DNA of 64,000 nt. Source: Lachnospiraceae bacterium (lineage in GTDB: Bacteria; Bacillota; Clostridia; Lachnospirales; Lachnospiraceae). The position numbers were made by a program, and so were the translations under genes. Of the stretch, positions 51,428 to 63,480 are shown piece after piece (the stretch's first letter is position 1; each line of letters starts with the position of its first letter). The notes beneath the pieces are model-generated. The model was not told the origin of the DNA. It ran no database searches and was given only the letters and a program-made list of their open reading frames with translations. The stretch spans positions 10,778 through 74,777 of the forward strand of contig SVEM01000003.1 in assembly GCA_015057375.1 (NCBI GenBank), in the 5' to 3' direction.

Positions 51428-51436
51428 GGAGGTTGT

Positions 51437-52126
51437 ATGATAAAATTAAAAGATTATTTTTCAAAAGGTGAAATTATTTTGTGGAGTTCGTCTGTAATGG
51501 CCATTATAATTTCGTTCTGTCTTTTTGACAAGACAAATTATATGACTTTATGTGCGTCACTGATAGGAGTAACATCACTGATATTTAATGCAAAGGGCAA
51601 TCCGTTTGGACAGCTGCTCATGGTTGTATTCAGTTTGTTGTATGGAATTATTTCATATACTTTTTCGTACTATGGAGAGATGATTACATATCTTGGAATG
51701 ACAATGCCGATGGCGGTTTTTGCGTTAATATCATGGCTTAAGAATCCGTATAATGGAAACAGAGCTGAAGTTAAAGTTAATAGTATAGGAAAAAGAGAAA
51801 ATATATGTATGTGGATTGGGACATTTGTTATTACATTCATATTCTATTTTGTTTTAAAATATTTTAACACGGCTAATATAATCCCGAGCACTTTATCAGT
51901 AACAACAAGTTTTCTTGCAGTATATCTTACTTTTAGAAGAAACCCATATTTTGCTTTAGCATATGCTTCTAATGATATTGTGCTGATTATATTATGGGTG
52001 TTGGCAAGCCTATATGATATTAGGTATATTTCGGTTGTAGTATGCTTTGTAGCTTTTTTTGTTAATGATATATATGGATTTGTAAGTTGGAAGAAAATGA
52101 AAAACAGACAGCAGGGAAATAACTAA
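51437..52126 (+). CDS. PnuC-like transporter
   Basis: GGAGG RBS, ATG 51437; SLIGV..LIF.AKG, YYGEM, NDIVLIILW, NDIYGF..W. Confidence 0.88.
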   Translation: MIKLKDYFSKGEIILWSSSVMAIIISFCLFDKTNYMTLCASLIGVTSLIFNAKGNPFGQLLMVVFSLLYGIISYTFSYYGEMITYLGMTMPMAVFALISWLKNPYNGNRAEVKVNSIGKRENICMWIGTFVITFIFYFVLKYFNTANIIPSTLSVTTSFLAVYLTFRRNPYFALAYASNDIVLIILWVLASLYDIRYISVVVCFVAFFVNDIYGFVSWKKMKNRQQGNN

Positions 52127-52239
52127 ACACATACAAACTTATAAGCAATGTAATGTAGAAAAAATCGTATTTTAAAACAATATTGACAAGACAATATTGA
52201 AGCAAGATAATATTATTATAAAATTAAACGGGGTAGCAA

Positions 52240-52680
52240 ATGATGATATACATTTTAATTTTACTGGCGGTTCTTGCCGTTGATCTTACAATAAAGAATC
52301 ACATAGAACACAAATACCCGGGTAACCGCAAGAAGGACGTTGCCTGGGGCTGTATAACCATAAGGAACAGTAAAAATACCGGGGGATTTCTTAATTTCAT
52401 GGATAAGAAGTCTTTTCTTGTAAAGGTGTTTTCCGGTGTTTTGATTATTGGTTGTATTATTTATCTTATTTATTTGATTGTGAAAAATGAAGGTGCAATA
52501 AAGAAACTTGCACTTGCACTTATATTGGGAGGCGCACTGTCTAATGAGTATGACAGAATCAAAAAAGGCAGTGTCACTGATTATTTCAGTATCAACCTGC
52601 CTTTTATGCGTAATATTGTATTTAATCTTGGCGACATGTCAATCTTCGCCGGAATTATACTTCTTATTTGTGATGATTAA
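52240..52680 (+). CDS. lspA: Lipoprotein signal peptidase II
   Basis: DL..K, NTG, GGALSN..DR, VTDY, FNLGD. Confidence 0.88.
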   Translation: MMIYILILLAVLAVDLTIKNHIEHKYPGNRKKDVAWGCITIRNSKNTGGFLNFMDKKSFLVKVFSGVLIIGCIIYLIYLIVKNEGAIKKLALALILGGALSNEYDRIKKGSVTDYFSINLPFMRNIVFNLGDMSIFAGIILLICDD

Positions 52681-54268
52681 GTGCAGCACCTACAAATCCT
52701 TTGAATAATGGATGCGGTCTGTTAGGTCTTGATTTGAATTCAGGATGTGCCTGTGTAGCAACGAACCATGGATGTGAAGGTATCTCAAGCATCTCAACGA
52801 TTCTTCCGTCAGGAGAAAGTCCTGAAAGTTTAAGACCTGATTTTACAAGTTCGTCTCTATAATAGTTATTTACTTCGTAGCGGTGACGATGACGCTCATG
52901 TATTGTATCGGTTCCGTACAATTCGTAAGCTTTGCTTTCAGGATCAAGCACACATGGATAAGAACCGAGACGAAGTGTACCGCCGAGATCTTCAACACCG
53001 TCCTGCTCAGGCATGAGATGAATTACAGGATGTGTAGTTGAAGGATCAAGCTCTGCACTGTGGGCATCTGAGAATCCGAGTACGTGTCTTGCATACTCAA
53101 CAAGAGCAAGCTGCATACCGAGGCAAAGACCAAGGTATGGAATATTGTTCTCACGGGCATACTGTATAGCATTTATCTTTCCGTCTACTCCACGATTACC
53201 AAAACCACCAGGAACAAGAATTCCGCTTACATCTGCAAAAAGCTCGGATGCATTCTCAGGTGTTACATCTTCTGAATTAATCCATTTAATATTAACGGAT
53301 GTGTTATGTGCAAATCCACCGTGCTTTAATGATTCAACAACACTTATATAAGCATCATGAAGGGCAGTATATTTTCCAACAAGTGCAATAGTTACTTCAT
53401 TGTTAAGATTCTTGATGGTGTCAACCATGTTCTGCCATTCTTTAAGATCAGGAGTAGGATTGTTAAGCTTGAGGCATTTGCATGCAATATCTGCAAGATG
53501 CTCTTCCTCAAGTGCGAGAGGAGCTTCGTAAAGAGTCTCCACATCTATATTCTGAATTACATTCTCAGCAGGAACGTTACAGAATAAAGCAATCTTATCT
53601 TTAATGCCCGGCTCGAGTTCTTTCTCGGTACGGCATACAAGGATGTCAGGCTGGATACCTATACCCTGAAGTTCTTTAACACTTGCCTGGGTAGGTTTTG
53701 TCTTCATCTCGCCTGATGCTGAAAGATAAGGTATGAGTGTAACGTGAATAATAATGGCATTATCGCGTCCCACATCGTACTGGAACTGTCTTATTGACTC
53801 AAGGAAAGGCTGACTTTCGATATCGCCGACAGTACCACCAACTTCGATAATCGCAATCTTAGTATCATCACAGCCGTCATTTCTGTAAAAACGGCTCTTA
53901 ATCTCGTTAGTAATATGAGGAATTACCTGAACAGTACCTCCGCCGTAGTCTCCGCGACGCTCTTTTGAAAGAACTGACCAGTAAATCTTTCCTGTTGTGA
54001 CATTACTCTGCTTTGAGAGACTTTCATCGATAAATCTCTCATAGTGTCCAAGGTCAAGGTCTGTCTCCGCACCGTCGTCTGTTACGAAAACCTCTCCGTG
54101 CTGGATTGGATTCATAGTACCCGGGTCAATATTAATATAAGGGTCAAACTTCTGCATTGTAACACTGTAGCCTCTCATTTTGAGAAGTCTTCCAAGTGAT
54201 GCAGCAGTAATACCTTTTCCGAGACCGGAAACAACTCCGCCTGTTACAAATATGTACTTTACTGCCAT
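52664..54268 (-). CDS. pyrG: CTP synthase
   Basis: [40 protein letters not shown]; AGGAGG RBS. Confidence 0.97.
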   Translation of the reverse strand: MAVKYIFVTGGVVSGLGKGITAASLGRLLKMRGYSVTMQKFDPYINIDPGTMNPIQHGEVFVTDDGAETDLDLGHYERFIDESLSKQSNVTTGKIYWSVLSKERRGDYGGGTVQVIPHITNEIKSRFYRNDGCDDTKIAIIEVGGTVGDIESQPFLESIRQFQYDVGRDNAIIIHVTLIPYLSASGEMKTKPTQASVKELQGIGIQPDILVCRTEKELEPGIKDKIALFCNVPAENVIQNIDVETLYEAPLALEEEHLADIACKCLKLNNPTPDLKEWQNMVDTIKNLNNEVTIALVGKYTALHDAYISVVESLKHGGFAHNTSVNIKWINSEDVTPENASELFADVSGILVPGGFGNRGVDGKINAIQYARENNIPYLGLCLGMQLALVEYARHVLGFSDAHSAELDPSTTHPVIHLMPEQDGVEDLGGTLRLGSYPCVLDPESKAYELYGTDTIHERHRHRYEVNNYYRDELVKSGLKLSGLSPDGRIVEMLEIPSHPWFVATQAHPEFKSRPNRPHPLFKGFVGAALNHHK

Positions 54269-54504
54269 GATAATCCTCCTGATTCTGTATAAAAAAACAT
54301 TGTAATGTTGTAAATAACCAATCACTTCGACATTATATCAAAATAAGATAGCTTTTTCAAGTTGATTTACAAGTTAGGAATGATTATAATGTAAAAAAAC
54401 AATAATAATTTAGAAAGTACTGTGATAAAACATAGTTTGAACACAAATAAATAGTATTGTAATATAATCTGTATGTTAACAATTATAAGGAATTGAGGTA
54501 CAAA

Positions 54505-56430
54505 ATGGATTTAAATAACAGTAATTATAACAATGGTAATCACAACAACGGCAACCACAACAATGGTCCGGGCAATCAGAATAATAAAAACGGCAATAAG
54601 AAAAACAATTCCAAATTTATATTGGTATGTGTTGTTGCTTCTTTTTTTGTATTCTTTTTAATATCATTTCTTAACAGCCAGATTGAAGCGAGCACGAAAA
54701 AAGAGGTTTCATATTCGGATTTCCTTCAGATGCTTGATGACGGAGTAGTTGAATCAGTAAAGATATCGTCAGGCACTATCTATATAACTCCTAAAAAATC
54801 ACAAGGTGTTCAGTATTTCCCTAAGACATATTATACGGGTGAGATGAACGATATTGCGCTTGTTGAGAGACTTAACAGGGCGGGTGTAAAGTACACACAT
54901 GAGATAAAGGATACAAGTTCGGGATTGTTTGAGTTCTTTATGGTATATATATTCCCACTTCTTGGAATTTGGCTTATTTTCTACTTTATTTACAGAAGGA
55001 TGGGAAAAAACGGCGGTGGCATCATGGGTGTCGGAAAAAGTACAGCCAAGATGTATGTGCAGAAGGAAACGGGCGTTACATTTATGGATGTTGCCGGACA
55101 AGATGAAGCTAAAGAGTCCATGCATGAGCTGGTAGACTTTCTTCACAATCCGGGCAAATACACCCAGATTGGTGCGAAACTTCCTAAGGGAGCACTTCTT
55201 GTAGGACCTCCGGGAACGGGCAAGACACTTCTTGCAAAGGCAGTCGCAGGAGAGGCAAAAGTTCCGTTTTTCTCACTTTCGGGTTCTGATTTTGTGGAGA
55301 TGTTTGTAGGTGTCGGTGCATCAAGAGTACGAGACCTTTTCAAACAGGCACAGCAGATGGCCCCGTGTATTATTTTTATAGACGAGATTGATGCGATAGG
55401 AAAGAGCAGAGATTCAAGATACGGCGGAGGAAATGATGAGCGTGAGCAGACGCTTAACCAGCTTCTTTCCGAGATGGATGGTTTTGATTCATCTAAAGGT
55501 ATTATTATTCTCGGTGCAACAAACAGACCTGAGGTTCTTGATCCTGCGCTTTTAAGACCGGGAAGATTTGATAGACGTATTATCGTTGAAAAGCCTGACT
55601 TAAAGGGAAGAGTAGATGTGCTTAAGGTTCATTCCAAAGGCGTAAATATGGACGAAACGGTTGATCTTAACGAGATTGCACTCGCAACATCAGGTGCCGT
55701 TGGTTCAGACCTTGCAAATATGATAAATGAAGCTGCTATTATGGCTGCAAGAGCAGGCCGCAGATATGTGGGACAGAAGGATCTCTTTGAAGCTGTTGAG
55801 ATAGTTATTGCCGGAAAAGAAAAGAAAGACAGAATTCTCGGCGAGGAAGAAAAGAGTATTGTTGCATATCATGAGATTGGTCATGCACTTATAACTGCAC
55901 TTGAAAAAGATGCAGAGCCGGTACAGAAGATAACTATTGTCCCAAGAACAATGGGATCACTCGGATATGTTATGCAGGTTCCTGAAGAAGAAAAATACCT
56001 TATGAAGAAAAGCGAGCTTGAGTCAAGGCTTGTTACACTTCTTGCAGGACGTGCGGCAGAGGAACTTGTATTTGACTCTGTTACTACGGGAGCATCAAAT
56101 GATATAGAGCAGGCTACCAATATTGCCAGAGCAATGGTTACACAGTACGGAATGTCTGAAAAGTTTGGTCTTATGGGACTTGAATCTATTGAAAATAGAT
56201 ATCTTGACGGAAGAGCAGTTATGAATTGCGGTGATGCAACAGCAGCACAGATAGATGAAGAAGTTAAGATTCTTCTTGCGAACTGTTATAAGCGTGCTAA
56301 GAGTCTTTTGTCAGAGAATAGGGCTAGCCTTGATAAGCTTGCAGATTATCTGAAACAGAAAGAAACCATTACCGGAAAAGAGTTTATGGATATATTAAAT
56401 GAATCAAAGGAAACAGCAGAAAATGTATAA
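54505..56430 (+). CDS. ftsH: ATP-dependent zinc metalloprotease FtsH
   Basis: Two [31 protein letters not shown]. Confidence 0.96.
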   Translation: MDLNNSNYNNGNHNNGNHNNGPGNQNNKNGNKKNNSKFILVCVVASFFVFFLISFLNSQIEASTKKEVSYSDFLQMLDDGVVESVKISSGTIYITPKKSQGVQYFPKTYYTGEMNDIALVERLNRAGVKYTHEIKDTSSGLFEFFMVYIFPLLGIWLIFYFIYRRMGKNGGGIMGVGKSTAKMYVQKETGVTFMDVAGQDEAKESMHELVDFLHNPGKYTQIGAKLPKGALLVGPPGTGKTLLAKAVAGEAKVPFFSLSGSDFVEMFVGVGASRVRDLFKQAQQMAPCIIFIDEIDAIGKSRDSRYGGGNDEREQTLNQLLSEMDGFDSSKGIIILGATNRPEVLDPALLRPGRFDRRIIVEKPDLKGRVDVLKVHSKGVNMDETVDLNEIALATSGAVGSDLANMINEAAIMAARAGRRYVGQKDLFEAVEIVIAGKEKKDRILGEEEKSIVAYHEIGHALITALEKDAEPVQKITIVPRTMGSLGYVMQVPEEEKYLMKKSELESRLVTLLAGRAAEELVFDSVTTGASNDIEQATNIARAMVTQYGMSEKFGLMGLESIENRYLDGRAVMNCGDATAAQIDEEVKILLANCYKRAKSLLSENRASLDKLADYLKQKETITGKEFMDILNESKETAENV

Positions 56431-57223
56431 ACTTCTTGCACTTGATATAGACGGAACACTTACAAATGATGATAAGGTTATTCCGGCAGAAACGGTTGAT
56501 GCAATTATAAAGCTTCAAAAAAGAGGCTGCAAGATAGTTCTTGCATCAGGCAGATCTGAATATGGACTTATGCATCTTGCAAAGGAGCTTAAGCTTTCCG
56601 AATATGGCGGATATCTTATGTCATTTAACGGTGGGAGAATAACAGAATGTAGCAGAAGTAAGATAATTTATGATGTGCCACTTTCATTGGAAGAGGCTAA
56701 AAATATATATCTTACAGCTGTAGAATATGGTGTCGGAATTCTTGGATATGAGAAGAATTGTCTTGTGAGCGGCAACGGTATAGACAAGTACCAGGAGGAT
56801 GATGCCTGGGCATGTCGCATGCAGCTTAAGGCTGTTGACAACTTCCCGGATTATTTTTCGGTGCCGTTTAACAAATGTCTTCTCACAGGAGATCCTGAGC
56901 GCATGAAAGACGTGGTTATTCCGGTAAGGGAAAAATATGGTGACAGACTTAGTATCACCATGTCTGAGCCATTCTTTATCGATATTATGCCAAATGGCGT
57001 AGATAAAGGTACTGCAATGAAAAACCTGTCAGAGCTTACGGGCATAGAAAGAGAAGAGATAGTGTGTGTCGGTGACGGCAGAAATGATTTGTCAATGATA
57101 GAATATGCAGGACTTGGTGTTGCCATGGGTAACGCACATCCTGATGTTATAGAAAAAGCAGATTATGTAACAGATTCTAACAATGATAACGGAGTGCTTA
57201 AGGTTATTAATAAGTTTTTCTGA
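56423..57223 (+). CDS. Cof-type HAD-IIB hydrolase
   Basis: DIDGTL, ASGR, DKG, GDGRND. Confidence 0.92.
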   Translation: MYKLLALDIDGTLTNDDKVIPAETVDAIIKLQKRGCKIVLASGRSEYGLMHLAKELKLSEYGGYLMSFNGGRITECSRSKIIYDVPLSLEEAKNIYLTAVEYGVGILGYEKNCLVSGNGIDKYQEDDAWACRMQLKAVDNFPDYFSVPFNKCLLTGDPERMKDVVIPVREKYGDRLSITMSEPFFIDIMPNGVDKGTAMKNLSELTGIEREEIVCVGDGRNDLSMIEYAGLGVAMGNAHPDVIEKADYVTDSNNDNGVLKVINKFF

Positions 57224-57249
57224 TAAGACTTATGAAGCAGGGTGATTAT

Positions 57250-59100
57250 ATGTTTGATATAGGAGAGGAACTTAAGAAACTGCCGGATAGTCCGGGAGTA
57301 TATTTGATGCATGATAAGTTTGATACGATAATATATGTCGGCAAGGCAGTAAGTCTTAAAAACAGAGTGCGTCAGTATTTTCAGCAGTCCAGAAAAGTAT
57401 CGCCTAAGATTGAACGAATGATAAGCCAGATTGTCAGATTTGAATACATAGTTACTGATTCTGAGGTCGAGGCGCTTGTTTTAGAGTGCAATCTTATAAA
57501 AGAACATTCTCCAAAATATAATACTATGCTTAAGGATGATAAAAGTTATCCTTATATCAAAGCAACTATACAGGAGCCATACCCAAGGCTCCTTTTTGTG
57601 CATGACAGAAAACGTGACGCGGCAAGATATTTCGGGCCGTATACAAGCGTCGGAGCGATGAAGGAAACACTTGATTTTCTTATTAAAACGTATTCGCTCA
57701 GAACCTGTAATAAAAAGCTGTGTCCGGGTAAAATTGAAGGTCGTGCGTGCCTTTATCATCATATAGACAGATGCAGTGCGCCGTGTCAGGGGCTTATTTC
57801 GGAAGAAGAGTATAATAAAAATTTCGAAAAGGCATTGCAGATACTTTCAGGAAACTATATGCCTGTTATAAGAGAGCTTACGGAGCTTATGAAGGAAGCT
57901 TCCGACAATATGGAATACGAGCGTGCGGCCATTTTCAGAGACCGCATACAGAGTATAAGACGTGTGGCTGAAAAACAGAAAGCATCCGGGAATGAAACAG
58001 ATGACAGAGATATAATTGCCATGGCATCGGAAAATGATGAGGCAGTAGTTCAGGTGTTCTTCATCCGTAACGGAAAAATGATCGGAAGAGAGCATCATTA
58101 TTTAAGCGGAGTAACGGATGAATCCGAAGCAGATATAATCAGTTCGTTTATAAAGCAGTATTATGCCGACACACCGTATATACCAAGAGAGATTCTTATA
58201 CCGTGTGAGCTTGAGGATGCAGAAGTTATATCGGCATGGCTTTCAGAAAAAAGAGAACATAAGGTATATCTTCTTGTGCCGAAGATCGGAGAAAAGGACA
58301 GGCTTGTAAAGCTTGCAAAAAACAATGCCGAGCTTGTGCTAAAAAAGGATTCTGAGAGGCTTAAAAAAGAAGAACGACAGACAACCGGAGCCATGAAGGA
58401 ACTTGCAAAACTCCTTAATTTAGATGGTCTTACAAGAGTAGAATCATTTGATATATCTAATACGGGCGGATTTGAAAGTGTCGGTTCCATGGTTGTTTTT
58501 GAACACGGCAAACCAAAGAAACATGACTACAGAAAATTCAAAATAAGAACCGTTAAAGGACCTGACGATTATGCGTCAATGAGAGAGGTTCTTACAAGAC
58601 GCATTGAGCATGGTCTTAAAGATATAAATAATAACGAAGAAGGATTTGCAAAGCTTCCGGACATCATACTTATGGACGGAGGACGCGGACAGGTTAATAT
58701 TGCACTTGAAGTTCTTGATTCATTTGGACTTATGATACCTGTTTGTGGTATGGTAAAAGATGATAAGCACAGAACCAGAGGGTTGTATTTCAATAATATA
58801 GAAATACCGATAGACACAGGCTCTGAATGTTTTAAGCTGATAACAAGAATACAGGACGAAACTCACAGATTTGCAATAGAGTATCATCGTTCGCTCAGAA
58901 GTAAGGAGCAGGTACATTCGATACTTGATGATATAAAGGGAATCGGACCTGCAAGAAGAAAAGCACTTGTGAGATATTTTAAATCAATAGAGGCTATAAG
59001 AGATGCTTCTGTTGATGAACTTTGCAATGTACCTAATTTCAATAAAAATGTAGCTGAAAGTGTATATGATTTCTTTCACGGAGGACAGGATAATGCGTGA
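57250..59100 (+). CDS. uvrC: Excinuclease ABC subunit C
   Basis: [38 protein letters not shown], HhH. Confidence 0.96.
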   Translation: MFDIGEELKKLPDSPGVYLMHDKFDTIIYVGKAVSLKNRVRQYFQQSRKVSPKIERMISQIVRFEYIVTDSEVEALVLECNLIKEHSPKYNTMLKDDKSYPYIKATIQEPYPRLLFVHDRKRDAARYFGPYTSVGAMKETLDFLIKTYSLRTCNKKLCPGKIEGRACLYHHIDRCSAPCQGLISEEEYNKNFEKALQILSGNYMPVIRELTELMKEASDNMEYERAAIFRDRIQSIRRVAEKQKASGNETDDRDIIAMASENDEAVVQVFFIRNGKMIGREHHYLSGVTDESEADIISSFIKQYYADTPYIPREILIPCELEDAEVISAWLSEKREHKVYLLVPKIGEKDRLVKLAKNNAELVLKKDSERLKKEERQTTGAMKELAKLLNLDGLTRVESFDISNTGGFESVGSMVVFEHGKPKKHDYRKFKIRTVKGPDDYASMREVLTRRIEHGLKDINNNEEGFAKLPDIILMDGGRGQVNIALEVLDSFGLMIPVCGMVKDDKHRTRGLYFNNIEIPIDTGSECFKLITRIQDETHRFAIEYHRSLRSKEQVHSILDDIKGIGPARRKALVRYFKSIEAIRDASVDELCNVPNFNKNVAESVYDFFHGGQDNA

Positions 59101-60982
59101 TTTTCTGCCGGTTTCAAAAGCAGATATGAAAAAACGGGGATGGACACAGTGTGATTTTGTGTATGTGTGCGGTGATGCATATGTGGACCACCCTTCATTT
59201 GGTATGTCCATTATCACAAGAACACTTGAGGCATTCGGGTATAAAGTAGGAATTATAGCCCAGCCTGACTGGAAGGACGATAAGAGCATAACTGTTCTTG
59301 GAGAGCCGCGTCTTGCATTTCTTGTGTCTTCCGGAAATATGGATTCGATGGTTAATCATTATACAGTCGCAAAGAAAAAGAGAAGTACTGATGCATACAC
59401 TCCTGGCGGAGTTATGGGTAAGCGTCCTGATTATGCAGTAAGTGTATACGGAAATCTTATAAGAAGAACCTATAAAAATACTCCGATTCTTATAGGAGGT
59501 ATTGAAGCAAGCCTTAGAAGAATGGGGCATTATGATTACTGGTCAGACAAGATAAAAAGATCTGTGCTTCTCGACTCAGGTGCAGACATTCTTATGTACG
59601 GAATGGGAGAGCATTCCATAGTTGAGCTTGCAGAGGCACTTGATAGCGGTCTTAATGTTTCGGACATTACATATGTAAGAGGTACCGTTTACAGAACAAA
59701 GACAGACAAAATTCCGGAGGATGCAGTAAAGCTTCCGTCATTTGAACAGATAAGTGCTGATAAAAAAACATATGCAAAGAGCTTTTATAAACAGTATCAG
59801 AATACCGATCCTTATACGGCAGATATCCTTGTAGAGGAATATCCTAATAAAGTGTGTGTTGTACAGAATCCTCCGGCATATCCGCTTACTACAGGTGAAC
59901 TTGATGACGTGTATTCCTATGGTTATATGAATACTTACCATCCGATGTATAAAAAACAGGGCGGAGTTAAAGCGATAGATGAAATAAAGTTTAGTATTGC
60001 AAGTAACAGAGGATGTTTTGGCGGTTGTAATTTCTGTGCGCTTACATTTCATCAGGGAAGAATCGTGCAGGCGAGAAGTCACGAATCAATAATAAATGAA
60101 GCGGTAAATATGACTAAAGATCCTGAATTTAAGGGTTATATACATGACGTGGGCGGACCTACGGCAGATTTCAGATTCCCTGCATGCAGCAAGCAGACAA
60201 AATATGGTGTATGTAAAGACAAGCAGTGCCTGTTTCCTGAAAAATGTAAAAATGTCCGCGTAGATCACAAGGATTACACAAGCCTTCTAAAAAAATTAAG
60301 AGAGCTTCCGGGAGTTAAAAAAGTATTTGTGCGTTCCGGAATAAGATACGATTATGTTGCTTATGACAAAAATGATATATTTCTTGATGAACTGTGCCGT
60401 CACCATATAAGCGGACAGCTTCGTGTTGCACCTGAACATGTATCATCAGACGTACTTAAATGTATGGGCAAGCCGTCAAATGACGTGTACCAGATGTTTG
60501 TTAAGAAGTTTGAAAGAATAAATAAAAGAAGCGGCAAGAACCAGTACGTTATACCGTATTTCATGTCATCACATCCGGGCTCAAAGCTTTCGGATGCCAT
60601 CATGCTTGCGGAATATATAAGAGATTTAGGATATATGCCTGAGCAGGTGCAGGATTTCTATCCGACACCGTCTACCATATCAACATGTATGTATTATACG
60701 GGACTAGATCCGAAAACACTCGCGCCTGTATATGTACCAAAGAATCCACATGAAAAGGCTATGCAGAGAGCCTTAATACAGTACAGAGTTCCTTCAAATT
60801 ATGACCTCGTAAAAGAAGCTCTGTTAAAATGCAACAGAGCTGATCTTATCGGTTATGGAAAAAATTGTCTTATTGCGCCACGGCCGAAGAAGGAGCAGAG
60901 TTCGCAGCCGGATCGGAAACCGAAGGGGCAGAAGAGTCAGAAGATGTCGCGGAATTCGCGTTCGACGAAGAGGAGGCGTTAG
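59093..60982 (+). CDS. YgiQ family radical SAM protein
   Basis: [39 protein letters not shown]. Confidence 0.93.
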   Translation: MRDFLPVSKADMKKRGWTQCDFVYVCGDAYVDHPSFGMSIITRTLEAFGYKVGIIAQPDWKDDKSITVLGEPRLAFLVSSGNMDSMVNHYTVAKKKRSTDAYTPGGVMGKRPDYAVSVYGNLIRRTYKNTPILIGGIEASLRRMGHYDYWSDKIKRSVLLDSGADILMYGMGEHSIVELAEALDSGLNVSDITYVRGTVYRTKTDKIPEDAVKLPSFEQISADKKTYAKSFYKQYQNTDPYTADILVEEYPNKVCVVQNPPAYPLTTGELDDVYSYGYMNTYHPMYKKQGGVKAIDEIKFSIASNRGCFGGCNFCALTFHQGRIVQARSHESIINEAVNMTKDPEFKGYIHDVGGPTADFRFPACSKQTKYGVCKDKQCLFPEKCKNVRVDHKDYTSLLKKLRELPGVKKVFVRSGIRYDYVAYDKNDIFLDELCRHHISGQLRVAPEHVSSDVLKCMGKPSNDVYQMFVKKFERINKRSGKNQYVIPYFMSSHPGSKLSDAIMLAEYIRDLGYMPEQVQDFYPTPSTISTCMYYTGLDPKTLAPVYVPKNPHEKAMQRALIQYRVPSNYDLVKEALLKCNRADLIGYGKNCLIAPRPKKEQSSQPDRKPKGQKSQKMSRNSRSTKRRR

Positions 60983-63374
60983 GTTTCTTCTTCGGTACTT
61001 TAGGACCCTTATGGCAGTTACAGTATACTGTAGGTGTATTGCCTTTTGCAAAATATTCGATCTTTTCTGAACCATGTGAACTGCACACGCCGCTTACTGC
61101 GAGTTTGCCACAGGAACGGCATATTCTTACCTGAGTTATTGAATCAGGAACTTCAAACTGTTTAGGTTTGCGTTTCTTTGACGTATGGACTTTTTCCATT
61201 ATGGTTTTCCATAAAGTCTTATGATAGGTTGTATTAACCTGGTCTTTATTAAGATCCCAGCCACCCCAAATACCGGCAGTATAGTAAGGAGTAAATCCTT
61301 CAAACCAAAGGTCGATATCATTACTTGTCGTACCGGTTTTTCCTGCCACGGCAATTTCTGAAGAGTTGAACTTAGCGGCAGTACCTGTACCTATTTTTAG
61401 AACATCTTCCATTGCGCTTGTAAGCATATAAGCAGTAGAATCTTTGAATACCTGTCGTTTTACCGGAGTTTTATCAATAAGGACATTTCCGTCGTGATCA
61501 ATAATCTTTGTATAAAGCATTGGCTCGATAAATACACCGCCGTTAGCAATAGCTGCATATGCTGCAGTAAGCTCGAGGTTTGTAACACCATCAGTAAGTC
61601 CGCCGAGAGCCATCGGAAGGTTAATGTCGGTGTAAACACGATTGTCGATAGTTCTGCTTTCTACAAGACTTGAAATGCCAAGGTTGTTCAAATAATCAAA
61701 TGCAACTTTAGGAGTTACTTTATCAAGAACCTTTACGGTAACAACATTCATTGAATTATAAATGGCAGTACGTAATGTAGTTGTTCCTTTATATGCATTT
61801 CCATTCCAGTTGTGCACCTGTACTTTAGTTCCCGGATAATAATACTTTTCATCAACTTCTGTAGAGGCAAGATTCATGCCGGCAGTATCAAATGCAGGAA
61901 GATATGCTGATAATACTTTAAAGGTTGAACCCGGCTGTCTTAGAGAAGAAGATGCACGGTTAAGTGTTCTTGCACCTGTCTTTTTGCCACGGCCTCCCAC
62001 AAGTGCCAGTACTTGTCCGGTTTTCTGATCCATAAGAACAAATGATACCTGTGGCTGTATAACGTAATTAATATTTTCTCCTAAAATAGTATCGTCTTTA
62101 CCTACAACAGATTTCCTATATTTCTTAATATAAGGTTTTGCAGTTTTTTTGTCGGTAAAATATATGTCAAATGAAGGATTACTCTTTTTGAAGTAAGCCT
62201 TAAGAGTCTGCTCGTTATAGTTTTTCTCGGTTCCGTCAGCATATTGTACGGAAAGCTGATAGGACAACTGATACTCTGAATTAGTAGGATAGTAGCTTGG
62301 ATCATTTATAATATCATCACATATTTTCTGTATTTTGCTGTCCTGTGTGGAATAAATATCGAGACCACCACGGTATATTGCATTATATGCCTGGGTTTCA
62401 GTGTAACCGAGATATTCTTTAAGATCGGCAAGAACCTGATCAAGTAATGCATCGTTAAAGTATGATGAAATTCTTTCTTCTGACTTTGAAGAGTAAGATT
62501 CATTATACTCAGCAATTCTGTCATATACGTTGTCAGCAAGGGCTTCGTTGTATTCGGCTTCATTTATAAAGCCCTGCTCTTTCATATAATCAAGGACGAT
62601 TTCTCTCTTTTCTCGGTTGTTATCCGGATATGATATAGGATTATAAGTAGAAGGATTCTGAGTAATACCCGCAATAACAGCGGCCTCAGATAAAGTAAGC
62701 TGACTTACATCCTTGCCAAAGTATCTGTTGGCAGCAGCCTGTACACCCAAAGTGTTCTGTCCGAGGTTGATAGTATTAAGATAGTATTCAAGAATTGTAT
62801 CTTTATCCATACGGTCTTCAAGCTGTACGGCAAGGTACTGTTCCTGAATCTTACGTTTTATTTTGGCAATATCAGATGTTTCTGCACCGCCTTCAAAAAC
62901 AGTATTTTTAAGAAGCTGCTGAGTAATTGTACTTGCACCCTGGCTTAAGTCACCACTGGTAAAAGCGATTTTTGCAGCTCGCATGATACCTATAGGGTCT
63001 ATTCCGTTATGTTCCCTGAAACGGGAATCTTCAATTGCAATAAATGCATTCTGTACATGCTTTGGAATCTGATTGAGTGTAACATATATACGATTGGCAT
63101 CCTGACCGATAAGAGTCTGTGTCTGCTTTCCGTCTGAGTCGTAGATTGCAGTAGAATAACCCTCAGGAGCAACACTGATAGTATCAATATCCGGGGATGT
63201 ATCAATAATTCCCTTGACAACACCGAATGCTGTTGCTCCGCCTACAAGGGAAATACTTAAAAATGCAATAAGAATAAGCCTGAATGAGAATATACTCAGT
63301 TTGGAAGAAAACTTACGGGATTTTGACGTAAGCTGATTAAGTATTGAAATTGTCGTTTTCTTTCTATAATCCAT
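60870..63374 (-). CDS. Class A penicillin-binding protein (PBP1A family)
   Basis: EDSRF, GASTITQQ, YLNTI, STFK, SMN, KTGT; ATG 63374 after GGAG. Confidence 0.93.
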   Translation of the reverse strand: MDYRKKTTISILNQLTSKSRKFSSKLSIFSFRLILIAFLSISLVGGATAFGVVKGIIDTSPDIDTISVAPEGYSTAIYDSDGKQTQTLIGQDANRIYVTLNQIPKHVQNAFIAIEDSRFREHNGIDPIGIMRAAKIAFTSGDLSQGASTITQQLLKNTVFEGGAETSDIAKIKRKIQEQYLAVQLEDRMDKDTILEYYLNTINLGQNTLGVQAAANRYFGKDVSQLTLSEAAVIAGITQNPSTYNPISYPDNNREKREIVLDYMKEQGFINEAEYNEALADNVYDRIAEYNESYSSKSEERISSYFNDALLDQVLADLKEYLGYTETQAYNAIYRGGLDIYSTQDSKIQKICDDIINDPSYYPTNSEYQLSYQLSVQYADGTEKNYNEQTLKAYFKKSNPSFDIYFTDKKTAKPYIKKYRKSVVGKDDTILGENINYVIQPQVSFVLMDQKTGQVLALVGGRGKKTGARTLNRASSSLRQPGSTFKVLSAYLPAFDTAGMNLASTEVDEKYYYPGTKVQVHNWNGNAYKGTTTLRTAIYNSMNVVTVKVLDKVTPKVAFDYLNNLGISSLVESRTIDNRVYTDINLPMALGGLTDGVTNLELTAAYAAIANGGVFIEPMLYTKIIDHDGNVLIDKTPVKRQVFKDSTAYMLTSAMEDVLKIGTGTAAKFNSSEIAVAGKTGTTSNDIDLWFEGFTPYYTAGIWGGWDLNKDQVNTTYHKTLWKTIMEKVHTSKKRKPKQFEVPDSITQVRICRSCGKLAVSGVCSSHGSEKIEYFAKGNTPTVYCNCHKGPKVPKKKPNASSSSNANSATSSDSSAPSVSDPAANSAPSSAVAQ

Positions 63375-63480
63375 ATGAGTCTCCCCAAATATAATTTCGC
63401 TAACATATAGTATATCAAATAATTGAAGATATGGCAAATAGGTGTTATTATAATAGTAGAAAAAGGATTGGGAGGTTGTT

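Noticed and set aside
52177-52215. ACAATATTGA repeated twice upstream of lspA
   Set aside because: AT-rich, overlaps a likely -35 TTGACA, and is too short to support an operator call
52664-52680. 17-bp lspA/pyrG convergent overlap
   Set aside because: Short stop-region overlaps are commonplace
54505-54610. Asn-rich repeats at the FtsH N-terminus
   Set aside because: Ordinary low-complexity coding tail (NNGNH repeats)
53-63223. Numerous short antisense or nested ORFs in the six-frame track
   Set aside because: They lie opposite or within well-supported genes and lack RBSs and motifs
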